A stretch of DNA of 41,374 nt from contig ONTV01000003.1 in the NCBI GenBank assembly GCA_900320855.1, positions 1 to 41,374 on the forward strand. Reading direction: 5' to 3'. This stretch comes from an uncultured Lentisphaerota bacterium. Lineage in GTDB: Bacteria > Verrucomicrobiota > Kiritimatiellia > RFP12 > UBA1067. Positions 1 through 8,689 of this stretch are shown piece after piece (positions within the stretch are counted from its first letter, which is position 1; every line of letters begins with the position of its first letter). The notes beneath the pieces were generated by a model. The model saw nothing but the letters and a program-made list of their open reading frames with translations, ran no database searches and had not been told where the DNA came from. Position numbers and translations under genes: made by a program.

Positions 1-23
1 GTCTATTCGACCCAGCATTGCGA

Positions 24-53
24 ACTATACCATATTACCCATTTGGGTGTCAA
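24..53 (-). promoter_or_regulatory. Outward-facing sigma70-type promoter at the left edge: TTGACA (53..48), 18 nt, TGGTATAGT (32..24), then ATG at 18 running off the window
   Basis: Reverse complement of 16..53 reads TTGACA-N18-TATAGT with a TGG extension, then 5 nt, then ATG. Only 6 codons of the gene lie inside the window. Confidence 0.4.
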
Positions 54-110
54 GAGCGAACAGAAAAAAATTTGCTCGCGTACTCGCCCGTGATTTTCAG
101 CTGTGGCAAA

Positions 111-144
111 GCGCCGTTTCGTGTCCGCGCGAAGCGCCAACGCC
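111..144 (+). repeat. Partial copy of the REP-like unit (GCGCCGTTTCGTGTCCGCGCGAAGCGCC)
   Basis: Near-identical to 10388..10417 and 24246..24275. Lies just downstream of the stop of the 172..1275 gene. Confidence 0.6.
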
Positions 145-171
145 ACGCGGCCGGCGTCCGCGACGCGCCGC

Positions 172-1275
172 CTAGTCCGTCAACTTCCGGTACTGCTTTC
201 CATCAAAGGAGACGTCCTTGCCCGCGCAGAGCCAAGAGGTCAAGGACTTGAGCTGCCCCTCGTCAACCTGCGGATTCTTGATGGTGCCCGAAAATGGGAT
301 GCGCAATTTCTCGACATGCCCATCGGCAAAGACCACATGGGCAAAGAGGTTCTTGCCCTGCACATGGTTCGCCCCGAGTGTCTCGTTGCCCGGCGAGCGC
401 GGCACATCGCTGCCCGTCAAGTCAGACGTCGCGTACTGAAGAACGGCATCCGTCTCCTCCGTACCGGAGGTTCCATCTGGTTGCCAGGCGCTGTAGCCCA
501 TGAACGGAACTTCCGCAAACAGCAACCGCCGGTCAGCGCGCACAAAGCCGTTGAACCACTGGCCCTGCGAGCTGGTCGAAATCGCGTACGCGCGCGACCC
601 CTTGTATTCGTCCCAGCCGAAATACCCATTCATCAAATAGCTCCAGACGGGCTTTGTCCCCCGCACCCCCATCTTTTTGGCGTGACTCGGACACACGTAC
701 GTCTCGCGGTTGCCGGCGACGTACTTCCAGAGACAGCCATTTGTAAGCGCGAAAATCGACTCTTCGTCGTCGGTCGAATAGAGACTGACGCTCGCGTTGG
801 CTCGATGCGCCGAGGACACGCCATTTGGATAGCCATTACGCGAGTTCCAGCTGATCCAGCCTGGACGCTCCGTGTAGGACATTTTCGTCCTCCGCTTGCC
901 GTCCGTCTGGTCGGCCTTCACATATTCGCGCGATCCGGCCAACGGATACCGGTGGTCCTTCATGCCATAGACCTGGCAAGCGTTGGCGAGGTTCTTCATG
1001 TTCGAGAGACAGCGTGCGGCGCGCGCCGACTCGGACCCGCCGGAGAACGTCGACAGCAACACCCCGGCCAAAATGCCAATGATGGCAATGACGACCAGAA
1101 GTTCGACGAGGGTGAAGGCAGGGGAAGAAGAAATAATCGAATGGTCGAATGATCGAATGGTCGAATGAGAATGAGGGGAATCAGAAGAAATAATCGAATG
1201 GTCGAATGATCGAATGGTCGAATGAGAATGGGAGAATGGGAGAATGGGAGAATGGGGGGACATGGGAGATTTCAT
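172..1275 (-). CDS. Prepilin-type N-terminal cleavage/methylation-domain protein, DUF1559 / H-X9-DG-like, with an unusually long repeat-encoded leader
   Basis: 'PAFTLVELLVVIAIIGILAGVLL' pilin N-terminal helix. C-terminal '...NLFAHVVFADGHVEKL' resembles the H-X9-DG motif of PVC prepilin-like proteins. The ATG at 1275 abuts the stop of the upstream gene (TAAATG). Confidence 0.85.
   Translation of the reverse strand: MKSPMSPHSPILPFSHSHSTIRSFDHSIISSDSPHSHSTIRSFDHSIISSSPAFTLVELLVVIAIIGILAGVLLSTFSGGSESARAARCLSNMKNLANACQVYGMKDHRYPLAGSREYVKADQTDGKRRTKMSYTERPGWISWNSRNGYPNGVSSAHRANASVSLYSTDDEESIFALTNGCLWKYVAGNRETYVCPSHAKKMGVRGTKPVWSYLMNGYFGWDEYKGSRAYAISTSSQGQWFNGFVRADRRLLFAEVPFMGYSAWQPDGTSGTEETDAVLQYATSDLTGSDVPRSPGNETLGANHVQGKNLFAHVVFADGHVEKLRIPFSGTIKNPQVDEGQLKSLTSWLCAGKDVSFDGKQYRKLTD
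1126..1256 (-). repeat. Octamer tandem-repeat array A, (CATTCGAY)n ending ...CATTCGATTATTTCTTC, read on the minus strand; contains a 57-bp tandem duplication
   Basis: A 48-bp block at 1126..1173 recurs at 1183..1230 (57-bp period). CCATTCTC units at 1229..1256 grade into CATTCGAC/CATTCGAT units. The array lies inside the 5' coding part of the 172..1275 gene. Confidence 0.9.
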
Positions 1276-1662
1276 TTAGCTGATTTCCTTTCGCTTTTCA
1301 TGCAAACGCCGCTTGACCGACTGGAATAGGCAGACAAGCTCACTGCATTCTTTTACTAGTTGAGAATAGACGTCTTGATCCGGATAAAGCCTCCTTAGCA
1401 ACTCAAGCCAATAGAGTGATTCCGAACACTCTTTGAGAACAATCCCTATCTTGTGGTTGAAATCATCCCTTGATTCGGCTCGATTCGCCTCTCGATAGTT
1501 TGCGCCAACCGAAGAGGCCGACTTGCCAAGCTGATACGAAATAACCTTCGAAGAAACGAACGGCGGCAGGGCATCCAAGGAGCGAAAGACGGCAATGGCG
1601 AAGTCAGACGTTCGGCTCTCCAGACTTTTCTTGAACGCGAGCTTCTCCGCCACACTCCACAT
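1276..1662 (-). CDS. Four-helix-bundle protein (23S rRNA intervening-sequence protein / Avd-like family, PF05635/TIGR02436 type)
   Basis: 128 aa. '...SSVGANYREANRAESRDDFNHKIGIVLKECSESLYWLELL...' matches the family signature (..AN..EG.....DF...L.IA.GS..E....L). Strong SD AAGGGAGGG lies 4 nt before the ATG. Confidence 0.8.
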   Translation of the reverse strand: MWSVAEKLAFKKSLESRTSDFAIAVFRSLDALPPFVSSKVISYQLGKSASSVGANYREANRAESRDDFNHKIGIVLKECSESLYWLELLRRLYPDQDVYSQLVKECSELVCLFQSVKRRLHEKRKEIS

Positions 1663-1680
1663 TTCGCCCTCCCTTATTTC

Positions 1681-1800
1681 TCATTCGCCATTCCATTATT
1701 CCATTCCATTCACTATTCGACCATTCAAACATTCGATTATTCGATTATTCGATTATTTCCCATTCGATCATTCGATTATTCGATTATTCGATTATTTCCC
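1681..1800 (+). repeat. Octamer tandem-repeat array B, same family as A in plus orientation; two sub-blocks each ending CATTCGATTATTTCCC
   Basis: CATTCGATTATTCGATTATTCGATTATTTCCC at 1730..1761, and a longer version at 1761..1800. The last base abuts the stop codon of the 1800..4916 gene. Confidence 0.9.
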
Positions 1801-4800
1801 TAATCAAACTGCCGATAGAACAGGATCCGAGTCCGATGGGGGCGCGGCTGGCCCGCGCCGACATCAGTCTGCGTCTTCGCCGGGTCGCGCCACACAAGCG
1901 CAACCGCGCGCGCGCCCAGCTGCGGCGGCGTCTGCCCGATGGCTCCGCCACCCATCATCAAAGGCTCGGCTCGGACAAAAACAAGGAAGAGCTGCTGCTT
2001 CGCGGCAAACGAGTCCCGCCAGAACCCATAGAGGAACTTGCGGTCGGCATCCGTCAAGTCGCATGTCTCCCCAGACAGGGTCACACCCGCCAATTCGTCC
2101 GCGCTGTTCAGCCCCGCCCAGTCCAGCGCGTCAAACGCGGCCTTCCAGTCACCATCCGAGCGGCTGCGCACGGCACTGCGAATGTTTGCGGCGATGCTCT
2201 TGAGATCATCCCACGCAAACTTCGACGACGAATCGCCCTGCTGGTTAAAGCAGTACTTCCTGTTGAAGTCCTCGGCTTTCCGCTCGGACTCCTGAATCGC
2301 ATTCGGCCCCGTCGTGTTCGTCGAGGCGACCATCCAGTTGTACGGCGTATTGGCAAGCGCGGCCAAGACCGGCGCATCCGAATCCGCATACGGATTCACG
2401 CGGAAGCCCGTCCCCTCGCTCGTGAAGCCAACGCCTCCGAAGTCGTCGCGCGCCGCACTCGGAAGGGCAAATGGACGATAGGTGCGCCAGGCAAAGGCAT
2501 TGTTGGGCGTGGCGGAGAAATTCGCGGCAAAGTCTGTTGCACCGTTTGCAGGCGACACCATGTCGCCGCGAATCTTGTTTCCGCCCGAACTCGTGAGATC
2601 TGTCAAACGCGGCAGAAACGCCAGCTCGTAGACCGACTGGAGATACCCGGCATCGCTCGTCGCCATGAAGATGTCGCGGTCGCGCCCGTCATTCCCGCGT
2701 TGACAGTTGTCGAGCCAGCCCTGTGCGGAGAAGCCGCCGGGCATCACAAACCAATGCTCCGGTGCCCAATTCCAGCGCGGATCGGCGCACATGATTGCCG
2801 ATGTCGTAAAGCCGAAATCCGATCCCGCCGCCGTCGCCGCCGCAATCGTGGTCGGATTGTAGTCAACCGTCACCCCGCCAAAACGCAGAAGCGGATACGG
2901 CGCACCGCCAATCAAGGTTGCATCCGGCCCCATCGTCGTGAAGTTCATGCACGAATTGAGATCATCGTCGTCCCTTATGCAGGCCGGAACGAGGTCAACG
3001 TACTTTCCATTCGAATCCTTCGCGTACAGCCACACGCACATCTGCAGCCGCACGGTCTTTCCCCCGCCCTTCTCAACGAGCGCCCTGAAGTTGGCCGCCG
3101 CCGAATAGTCGGTGTCGACCAAGCCATTCGCCTTCAGTGGCGGCACAAGGCATTCGGTCGGGTCGGCGAGAACGGCCGAACTGTCCGGCTCCTCCGGCAA
3201 CCAGGGACCAAGCGTCCCCGTGATTTCGTTCTTCGTGCGCGTCTGCTTCCATTCGCGCGTCACCTTGAACATCGGGTTGTCATTCAGCCACGTGGCAACC
3301 CGGTTCGCCGCCGAGCCAAAGTTGAGCGAGATCTGCTTGACGGCATCTTCCTCCTTGTCGATGCCCGTGAACGTGAGCGACTGCTCCTGAAAGGGTACAT
3401 AGAAGACGCCATTCTGAACAGTCGCCTCCGAAAAGGCACTCGTGGCACCGAGATGCAGGACATCGTTCGCGTTATCCGTATGAAACGCCATCGCCGTATC
3501 AGAGAAGAACAGTGCGAGACGTCCGCCGATCTTGAACGTGCCGTTCACGTCATCGTCACGGCGGAAGGGAAACGTGACGAGCGTATCGACCTTTCCGCCC
3601 ATGAGTCCGTAGGAAAACATCTTCGGGTCGATGCTGTAGACGTCCGTCCGCCGAACGGTACGCTCAAGCGCCTCGTCGGGCAGATTCGGATTCGTCGGCT
3701 CGACCGTGCCCTTGCTTTCCGAGACCTTCAACTGCGATTTGCCCAGCTGCGGCTGGACGGCCGCGAACATCGGCACCCGCTCCGTCGTCGGGATCGCCAG
3801 AGACAGCGGCACGCTGTCCTCGTCAAGGTAGTCCCAAAGCGCACAGAGACCCAGGCCGCAGACGGACTCAAGAAGCCTGGTCACGCCGTCTGACGAATAG
3901 GTGAGCGCCGTCGTCATCGACCGCGTGGTCTGCAGAAGATCAGTGGCGCGGAACGGTTGCTTGTCGGTGTCGTTCAAGTCGTAGTCGGCGTCGTCGCCAC
4001 TGCCGAGGGACGAGGGGAAGTAGCTGTCGGTCACGAACGCCATGCTCCGCATCATCTCGCTGTCGGTGCCCGTGTTGCTCGTGACGAAGTCCTGTCCCCC
4101 GCGCGAGCCGACAAAGCGGCAGAAGGGGCTGACCACCTGAGACGGGCAGCCGTAGGCGCTACTGCCGCCGTAACCAATCGCGAGATTGAGGTCGGCCAGC
4201 GAGATGAGCGCCAGCTTCGCGCTGTTCGGAAGCAGATGCCCACCGTGGCGATAGGCATCGACGGCATCGACAAAATTGTCCATAAAGGCATCCCACGACG
4301 CGGGATTCACCGTGTAACCGGTATGCGCGGCGTTCTCGAACACATAGGCGAGCGAGACGCGCCCGTTGTCGGACGAATTGCGCCCGACATTTGCCGCAAT
4401 CCGGTTGACGTCAAGGTGGTCGGAAACATCCACGGCGAAGAACGCGAAACGCCCCGCGTCGAAGCCCATCGACTGCCAGCGCGCGGCGGCGCTGTGCCGC
4501 GAATAGTAGCGCGCCTCATTGATCAGTGCCGGAGGCAGGTAGGCAAGCGCCTCCAGCGTCAGGGTCGAGACGGTCTCATCCGCCGAGACGAGACGATTCG
4601 TGCCAATGAAGCAGTGGTTGCGCCAATAGTTGCGCCTCGCCAGATAGGCGCTCTCGTTCTCGGTGTCGGCGCGGGGCGAGGCATAGGTCGTCCCGTTGTC
4701 GCCCATGCCGGGGAACGGATCGTTTCCGATGGCAATGTCGATCTGGTCGATTGCCTCGGCGAGCGCGGCCTTAACGAGGTGGCGCGACGACGAGGTGCGA

Positions 4801-4916
4801 CGCAGGTAACTCGACGGCAGGCGCGAAGCGCGCATGTACGCCGAGAAGGCGACGGCCGAGATCACCATGAAGGAGACCATGCCAAGGACAATGAGAAGGG
4901 CCGAGCCGCGTTTCAT
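1800..4916 (-). CDS. Giant (1038 aa) GspK/PilX-like pseudopilin-associated protein with an N-terminal membrane anchor
   Basis: 'MKRGSALLIVLGMVSFMVISAVAF' resembles the GspK N-terminus. ATGA overlap with the upstream GspG-like gene. No other domain recognised by eye. Confidence 0.6.
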   Translation of the reverse strand: MKRGSALLIVLGMVSFMVISAVAFSAYMRASRLPSSYLRRTSSSRHLVKAALAEAIDQIDIAIGNDPFPGMGDNGTTYASPRADTENESAYLARRNYWRNHCFIGTNRLVSADETVSTLTLEALAYLPPALINEARYYSRHSAAARWQSMGFDAGRFAFFAVDVSDHLDVNRIAANVGRNSSDNGRVSLAYVFENAAHTGYTVNPASWDAFMDNFVDAVDAYRHGGHLLPNSAKLALISLADLNLAIGYGGSSAYGCPSQVVSPFCRFVGSRGGQDFVTSNTGTDSEMMRSMAFVTDSYFPSSLGSGDDADYDLNDTDKQPFRATDLLQTTRSMTTALTYSSDGVTRLLESVCGLGLCALWDYLDEDSVPLSLAIPTTERVPMFAAVQPQLGKSQLKVSESKGTVEPTNPNLPDEALERTVRRTDVYSIDPKMFSYGLMGGKVDTLVTFPFRRDDDVNGTFKIGGRLALFFSDTAMAFHTDNANDVLHLGATSAFSEATVQNGVFYVPFQEQSLTFTGIDKEEDAVKQISLNFGSAANRVATWLNDNPMFKVTREWKQTRTKNEITGTLGPWLPEEPDSSAVLADPTECLVPPLKANGLVDTDYSAAANFRALVEKGGGKTVRLQMCVWLYAKDSNGKYVDLVPACIRDDDDLNSCMNFTTMGPDATLIGGAPYPLLRFGGVTVDYNPTTIAAATAAGSDFGFTTSAIMCADPRWNWAPEHWFVMPGGFSAQGWLDNCQRGNDGRDRDIFMATSDAGYLQSVYELAFLPRLTDLTSSGGNKIRGDMVSPANGATDFAANFSATPNNAFAWRTYRPFALPSAARDDFGGVGFTSEGTGFRVNPYADSDAPVLAALANTPYNWMVASTNTTGPNAIQESERKAEDFNRKYCFNQQGDSSSKFAWDDLKSIAANIRSAVRSRSDGDWKAAFDALDWAGLNSADELAGVTLSGETCDLTDADRKFLYGFWRDSFAAKQQLFLVFVRAEPLMMGGGAIGQTPPQLGARAVALVWRDPAKTQTDVGAGQPRPHRTRILFYRQFD

Positions 4917-5392
4917 CGCTCATCCTCCGAAAGACGGTAAAAGTTCGGCAGATAGTAACCCGTGTTGAGTGCGCCTGTCGCCGTCTTGACCTTCAGCGAA
5001 ACACCCTTTGACTTGATTGTGACAAGGTACGGATGTCCCCACGGATCGAGGATCTTGCCGCCCGACGCAAGCGCCGCCTGCAGAAGGACAGGCATCTGCC
5101 CGCCGCTCTGCGGGCCGCTGCCATCGCCCAGCAGAAAGCCAAGCGTGTCCTTTCCGGCCTCGGCGCGCGTCAGCGTCGGCAACTCGTAGGTTCCGCTGCT
5201 GCCGTAATTCTCGTAGGCTAGAATCGCCTGCGAAATCACCTTGACGTCACTCGTCGCCTTCTGGACGCGCGCGCGGTGGCGCGCGGCACGGACGGACGTC
5301 GTCATCGCACCCATCAGAACGGCGATCATGCCGACCACCACCAGCAGTTCCACCAATGTGAAACCCCTTCGCCTACCATTCGCTCGGATCAT
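4913..5392 (-). CDS. GspG-like (major pseudopilin type) protein
   Basis: 'RRGFTLVELLVVVGMIAVLMG' followed by '...SDVKVISQAILAYENY...' and 'DPWGHPYLV', the classic T2SS-G pattern. Start taken at the M of MIRANGRRRGF (5392) rather than the ORF-caller start. Confidence 0.75.
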   Translation of the reverse strand: MIRANGRRRGFTLVELLVVVGMIAVLMGAMTTSVRAARHRARVQKATSDVKVISQAILAYENYGSSGTYELPTLTRAEAGKDTLGFLLGDGSGPQSGGQMPVLLQAALASGGKILDPWGHPYLVTIKSKGVSLKVKTATGALNTGYYLPNFYRLSEDER

Positions 5393-5876
5393 CTGGAAAA
5401 CTCCATATCGCCTGCCAATCGTCAACATTGTTGTTCGGCCCGCCGCTCATTACGTTGACCGTATAGTTTTGGACACGCCCCGGCGTCTGCGCATTGCCGA
5501 CGTTGATGAGACGCAAATCACTCGGCTTTAAGTTGGATGCGTTGAGCCTCGAGCGCAAGATCAGCGCCCGGTACTTGCCGCCCTCTTCGGACTTCACCCG
5601 AGATCCTGGTGCATCACACGCGCGATCACGCAAATCGCCATTCTCATCCCAAAGGCCCACCGTGCGGTAAATCTCGTTACCGTAGGCAAAGGCATTGTCG
5701 GCCTCCTCACGCAGTTCCGCCATGTTGTCGCGCACATCATCCATGTCGGAGACACCCGCAACGCCAATGCGCCAGGCGATGGATGACTGGTTGAAGATCA
5801 TGGTCAGAATCGTGACGAGCATGCCCAAGAGCATGGACGCGACGAGCAGTTCTATGATTGTAAAACCCCTTCTCAT
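5373..5876 (-). CDS. Minor pseudopilin-like protein (GspJ-like)
   Basis: 'MRRGFTIIELLVASMLLGMLVTILTMIF' N-terminal methylation motif and helix. Overlaps both neighbouring genes. Confidence 0.7.
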   Translation of the reverse strand: MRRGFTIIELLVASMLLGMLVTILTMIFNQSSIAWRIGVAGVSDMDDVRDNMAELREEADNAFAYGNEIYRTVGLWDENGDLRDRACDAPGSRVKSEEGGKYRALILRSRLNASNLKPSDLRLINVGNAQTPGRVQNYTVNVMSGGPNNNVDDWQAIWSFPDDPSEW

Positions 5877-6415
5877 TTGTCTGCAACCCCCTGAAACCTG
5901 ACTTCGGTGTAGAAGAGCGGCATACCCATGAGCTGCCCGAACATATCTGACTTGACCGCGCGGAAGGCGATCTGGACAACCGCCGAATCCGTCTCGTGCA
6001 AGACGACAAGGCCACAGCTCATGCCCGAACCGGACAACGCCGACGAGGGGAAGCTCCGATCGCCATCATAGCTGCCGTCAAAGCTTAACGCACCCATCAC
6101 CGAAGTAAATGCGCTTTGCGCCTTCGCCTGCGGATCGGTCGTCACAATGCCGTTCGAATTGAAGTAGCCCTTCCAGCCATCCTTGCCCGGATAACTGCCA
6201 AGGTTGCGGAAGCTCGTCCATGTCACATTCGTCGACGACAGGGCCATCACGAGCGGACTCATCACGCTGTCGGCAAGCGCCGTCGCGGCGACGTCCTCGC
6301 GACTCTGCCGGTTCTCACGAAATCCAAGGGCGTACAGCCCGACGACCGAGAGGATGCCACCCGCCATGATCAGCATGGCGAGATTCACCTCAATAAGCGT
6401 AAATGCCTTTCTCAT
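5873..6415 (-). CDS. Minor pseudopilin-like protein (GspI-like)
   Basis: 'MRKAFTLIEVNLAMLIMAGGILSVVGLY'. ATGA overlap with the downstream gene. Confidence 0.7.
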   Translation of the reverse strand: MRKAFTLIEVNLAMLIMAGGILSVVGLYALGFRENRQSREDVAATALADSVMSPLVMALSSTNVTWTSFRNLGSYPGKDGWKGYFNSNGIVTTDPQAKAQSAFTSVMGALSFDGSYDGDRSFPSSALSGSGMSCGLVVLHETDSAVVQIAFRAVKSDMFGQLMGMPLFYTEVRFQGVADK

Positions 6416-6416
6416 G

Positions 6417-7349
6417 TTAGTTCAAGTCCTTCGTCGGGTCTGAGCTCTGTCCAACCGACCGCGCAACCAGATTGCCGCTCGCATCGGGGCGAAGCGAATA
6501 GACGGTAACCGCCGTGCGCGTGCCCAACCCGGACGAGCCCGAAACACCATTGCCCTGGTTCAAGCCCACATTGAATGTCATCGTCCCCGCCGGACGAATC
6601 GGGTCTGCCACGTCCGTCGCATAGGACGAACCGAAAATGTACCCATGTGGCAATTCGAGACGCGCGAATTCAAAGCCATAGGCCATACCGGCCTGCCAAG
6701 TCACGCCACCCGCATCTTCGACCTTGAAGGCATAGACCTTGAGCGCGCCCTGCGTCTCGCCCGACGGCACGTCAGACAGTTTCGTGCCATTGGCATCCAA
6801 CGCGGTCAGGACGCCGTTCTCGCCCGACAGGTAGAGCGGCGTCAATTCCTTGCCATAGACCTTCTGATCGACAATCGAGCGCTTAAGCTGCGTCGTGTCC
6901 TCGATGTCCGAGAGACGGTCGATCGGATAGAGGTACATCGTGTTTTTCCGGCTATCGCCGCCGCCTTCGCCCGCCGAGGCACTGCCGGATGTCGAGTCGT
7001 CCGTCTGGTACGAGAGATTGAGATCTGCGAACTCGTCGTAGAGGTACTGCCCGTCGGCCCGCGTGATGCGCCCCTGACGGCGAATCGCAACCGCTTTGCC
7101 GACGACAATCTCGGTGCGATCATCGTCCGCAGCACGAAGCGTCTCGTTCCAAAAGTAGATGGCTGTCGGTTGCCGGTCGATCTGCGCGCGCTGGTAGGCC
7201 GCGCGCACAAGCGCATTGACATTGTCCAGGACGCCGCGTTCGGCCATGCCGCGTTGCATCGCCCGGTAACCGCCAACCGACACCGTACCGAGAAGGCCCA
7301 TGATGCCGATCACAACGAGCAGCTCAATCAGTGTGAACGCCTTTTTCAT
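6417..7349 (-). CDS. Prepilin-type protein (GspH/FimT-like)
   Basis: 'MKKAFTLIELLVVIGIMGLLGTVSVGGYRAMQRG'. Start set at the ATG at 7349; the ORF-caller extension to 7481 overlaps the upstream gene. Confidence 0.7.
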   Translation of the reverse strand: MKKAFTLIELLVVIGIMGLLGTVSVGGYRAMQRGMAERGVLDNVNALVRAAYQRAQIDRQPTAIYFWNETLRAADDDRTEIVVGKAVAIRRQGRITRADGQYLYDEFADLNLSYQTDDSTSGSASAGEGGGDSRKNTMYLYPIDRLSDIEDTTQLKRSIVDQKVYGKELTPLYLSGENGVLTALDANGTKLSDVPSGETQGALKVYAFKVEDAGGVTWQAGMAYGFEFARLELPHGYIFGSSYATDVADPIRPAGTMTFNVGLNQGNGVSGSSGLGTRTAVTVYSLRPDASGNLVARSVGQSSDPTKDLN

Positions 7350-7353
7350 GGCC

Positions 7354-7926
7354 TTAGTTGTTCCCCTTGTAGTCGTCACGCCAGCCGACACGCAGCTGAT
7401 CGGTTGCGATTGAATAGCCCATGCCAAAGCGCACGAACCTGCCATTCGACGCATGCGGATAGCCGAAGTACATCTCGGCAAGTTTCATCTTCTTGGACGA
7501 CTTGCGCGTACCCCGAATGGCGCTCATAAAATCCATGCCTGCGCCACGTCCACCGGATGTATCGCCATCCGACCGCGAGACCCAAAGCCCCGAGACGTCG
7601 ATGAGGGGATTGCCCTCCTTCGCCGACTCGACGATCTTTCGCACGCATTCGCGCACCTCGTTCGCCGTGAGGTCATACTGGTTCTCGTCGATGTCGTCTG
7701 AACCCTTCTTATGGTTGCCGACCTTTCCCTTGAAGCTGATCGGCCACTCGTCGTTCTGCGCATAGTACGCCGCGAGGCCCGACTGAACCAAGGAGACGAG
7801 AGCCTCGGCGCGACGCGTTCGTGACGCTTTCATCGATTCGGACGCAGCCGTCGTCACGATACCCATCAGGATCGCAATGACCCCAATGACCATCAGAAGT
7901 TCAACAATGGTAAATCCCCTCTTCAT
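7354..7926 (-). CDS. Prepilin-type N-terminal cleavage/methylation-domain protein
   Basis: 'MKRGFTIVELLMVIGVIAILMG'. The ATG at 7926 overlaps the TGA of the upstream gene by 1 nt (TGATG). Confidence 0.75.
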   Translation of the reverse strand: MKRGFTIVELLMVIGVIAILMGIVTTAASESMKASRTRRAEALVSLVQSGLAAYYAQNDEWPISFKGKVGNHKKGSDDIDENQYDLTANEVRECVRKIVESAKEGNPLIDVSGLWVSRSDGDTSGGRGAGMDFMSAIRGTRKSSKKMKLAEMYFGYPHASNGRFVRFGMGYSIATDQLRVGWRDDYKGNN

Positions 7927-8666
7927 CACTTTACCTGCTGTGTCTGTCCGAAAGTCCACGAATAGACGTCGTCCGCCCGACGGCCCTTCGAATACGGCCA
8001 AGGCTGACCCTTGTTGCCGCCCGACTTGCCAATGCACCAGACAATCGCCGTCGCTCGGACGTCCACCCCCTCGCCACCCACGCTCGCGCCCTTGATGATG
8101 CCATCGCCGTCAAGGTCAAGCGCGTAGTGGAGGATATGATCCTTGACAGTCGTCGAGCCAAAAACCTTGTCGGAAAGCGTTGCGGCCGATCCCTTGCGCT
8201 TGATCGCCGCCGTCGCCCACGGCGTAACGACGCCGAAGCGGTCAAGGCCAGCGAGTTTGCCGTTCTCTGTCGTGAGCGACAGGTACTTCGTCGTTCCCGC
8301 GACGAGCGCGTAGGCCGTCTCGGCGTCCAGTTCGCCGTCCGACGTGCCATTTCGCGCAAGCCGTCGCGGCCAGGCCCCCTCCTGCTGAAAGAGCGCCGTG
8401 AGCGCCGTCGCGACATTCGAGACGAGTTCCTGCGCCTTGGCCTTCTCGGCGGACTTTGTCATCTGCGCGAAACCGCCAATTGACGCGCCAACCAGCACCG
8501 CAATGATACCGACGACAACGAGCATCTCAATGAGGGTAAAGGCTGGGCGAGAAGAAATAATCGAATGCTTGAATAATCGAATGGTCGAATGAGAATTCGT
8601 CGAATAATCGAATGTTCGGTCGTTCGAATGTGCATCCGAGTTCTGAATCTTGTTCGTCTTTTTCAT
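7926..8666 (-). CDS. Prepilin-type protein with a long repeat-encoded leader
   Basis: 'RPAFTLIEMLVVVGIIAVLVG' has no nearby canonical start. The best start is the ATG at 8666, preceded by GGAGGA plus 4 nt. The leader 'MKKTNKIQNSDAHSNDRTFDYSTNSHSTIRLFKHSIISS' is encoded by array C. An alternative start is at 8696. Confidence 0.7.
   Translation of the reverse strand: MKKTNKIQNSDAHSNDRTFDYSTNSHSTIRLFKHSIISSRPAFTLIEMLVVVGIIAVLVGASIGGFAQMTKSAEKAKAQELVSNVATALTALFQQEGAWPRRLARNGTSDGELDAETAYALVAGTTKYLSLTTENGKLAGLDRFGVVTPWATAAIKRKGSAATLSDKVFGSTTVKDHILHYALDLDGDGIIKGASVGGEGVDVRATAIVWCIGKSGGNKGQPWPYSKGRRADDVYSWTFGQTQQVK
8549..8630 (-). repeat. Octamer tandem-repeat array C (minus orientation), ending CATTCGATTATTTCTTCTC
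   Basis: The minus strand reads ACATTCGAACGACCGAACATTCGATTATTCGACGAATTCTCATTCGACCATTCGATTATTCAAGCATTCGATTATTTCTTC. Confidence 0.85.
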
Positions 8667-8689
8667 CAATTCCTCCATATTCTCTCGCT

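Larger units (their letters stand above)
1126..1800. mobile_element. Candidate IVS-like/MITE-like cassette: divergent inverted octamer arrays (A and B) bracketing the four-helix-bundle gene
   Basis: The outer ends are inverted copies (GAAGAAATAATCGAATG ... CATTCGATTATTTCCC). The cassette fills the position between two consecutive pseudopilin genes that are otherwise tightly coupled. Confidence 0.4.
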
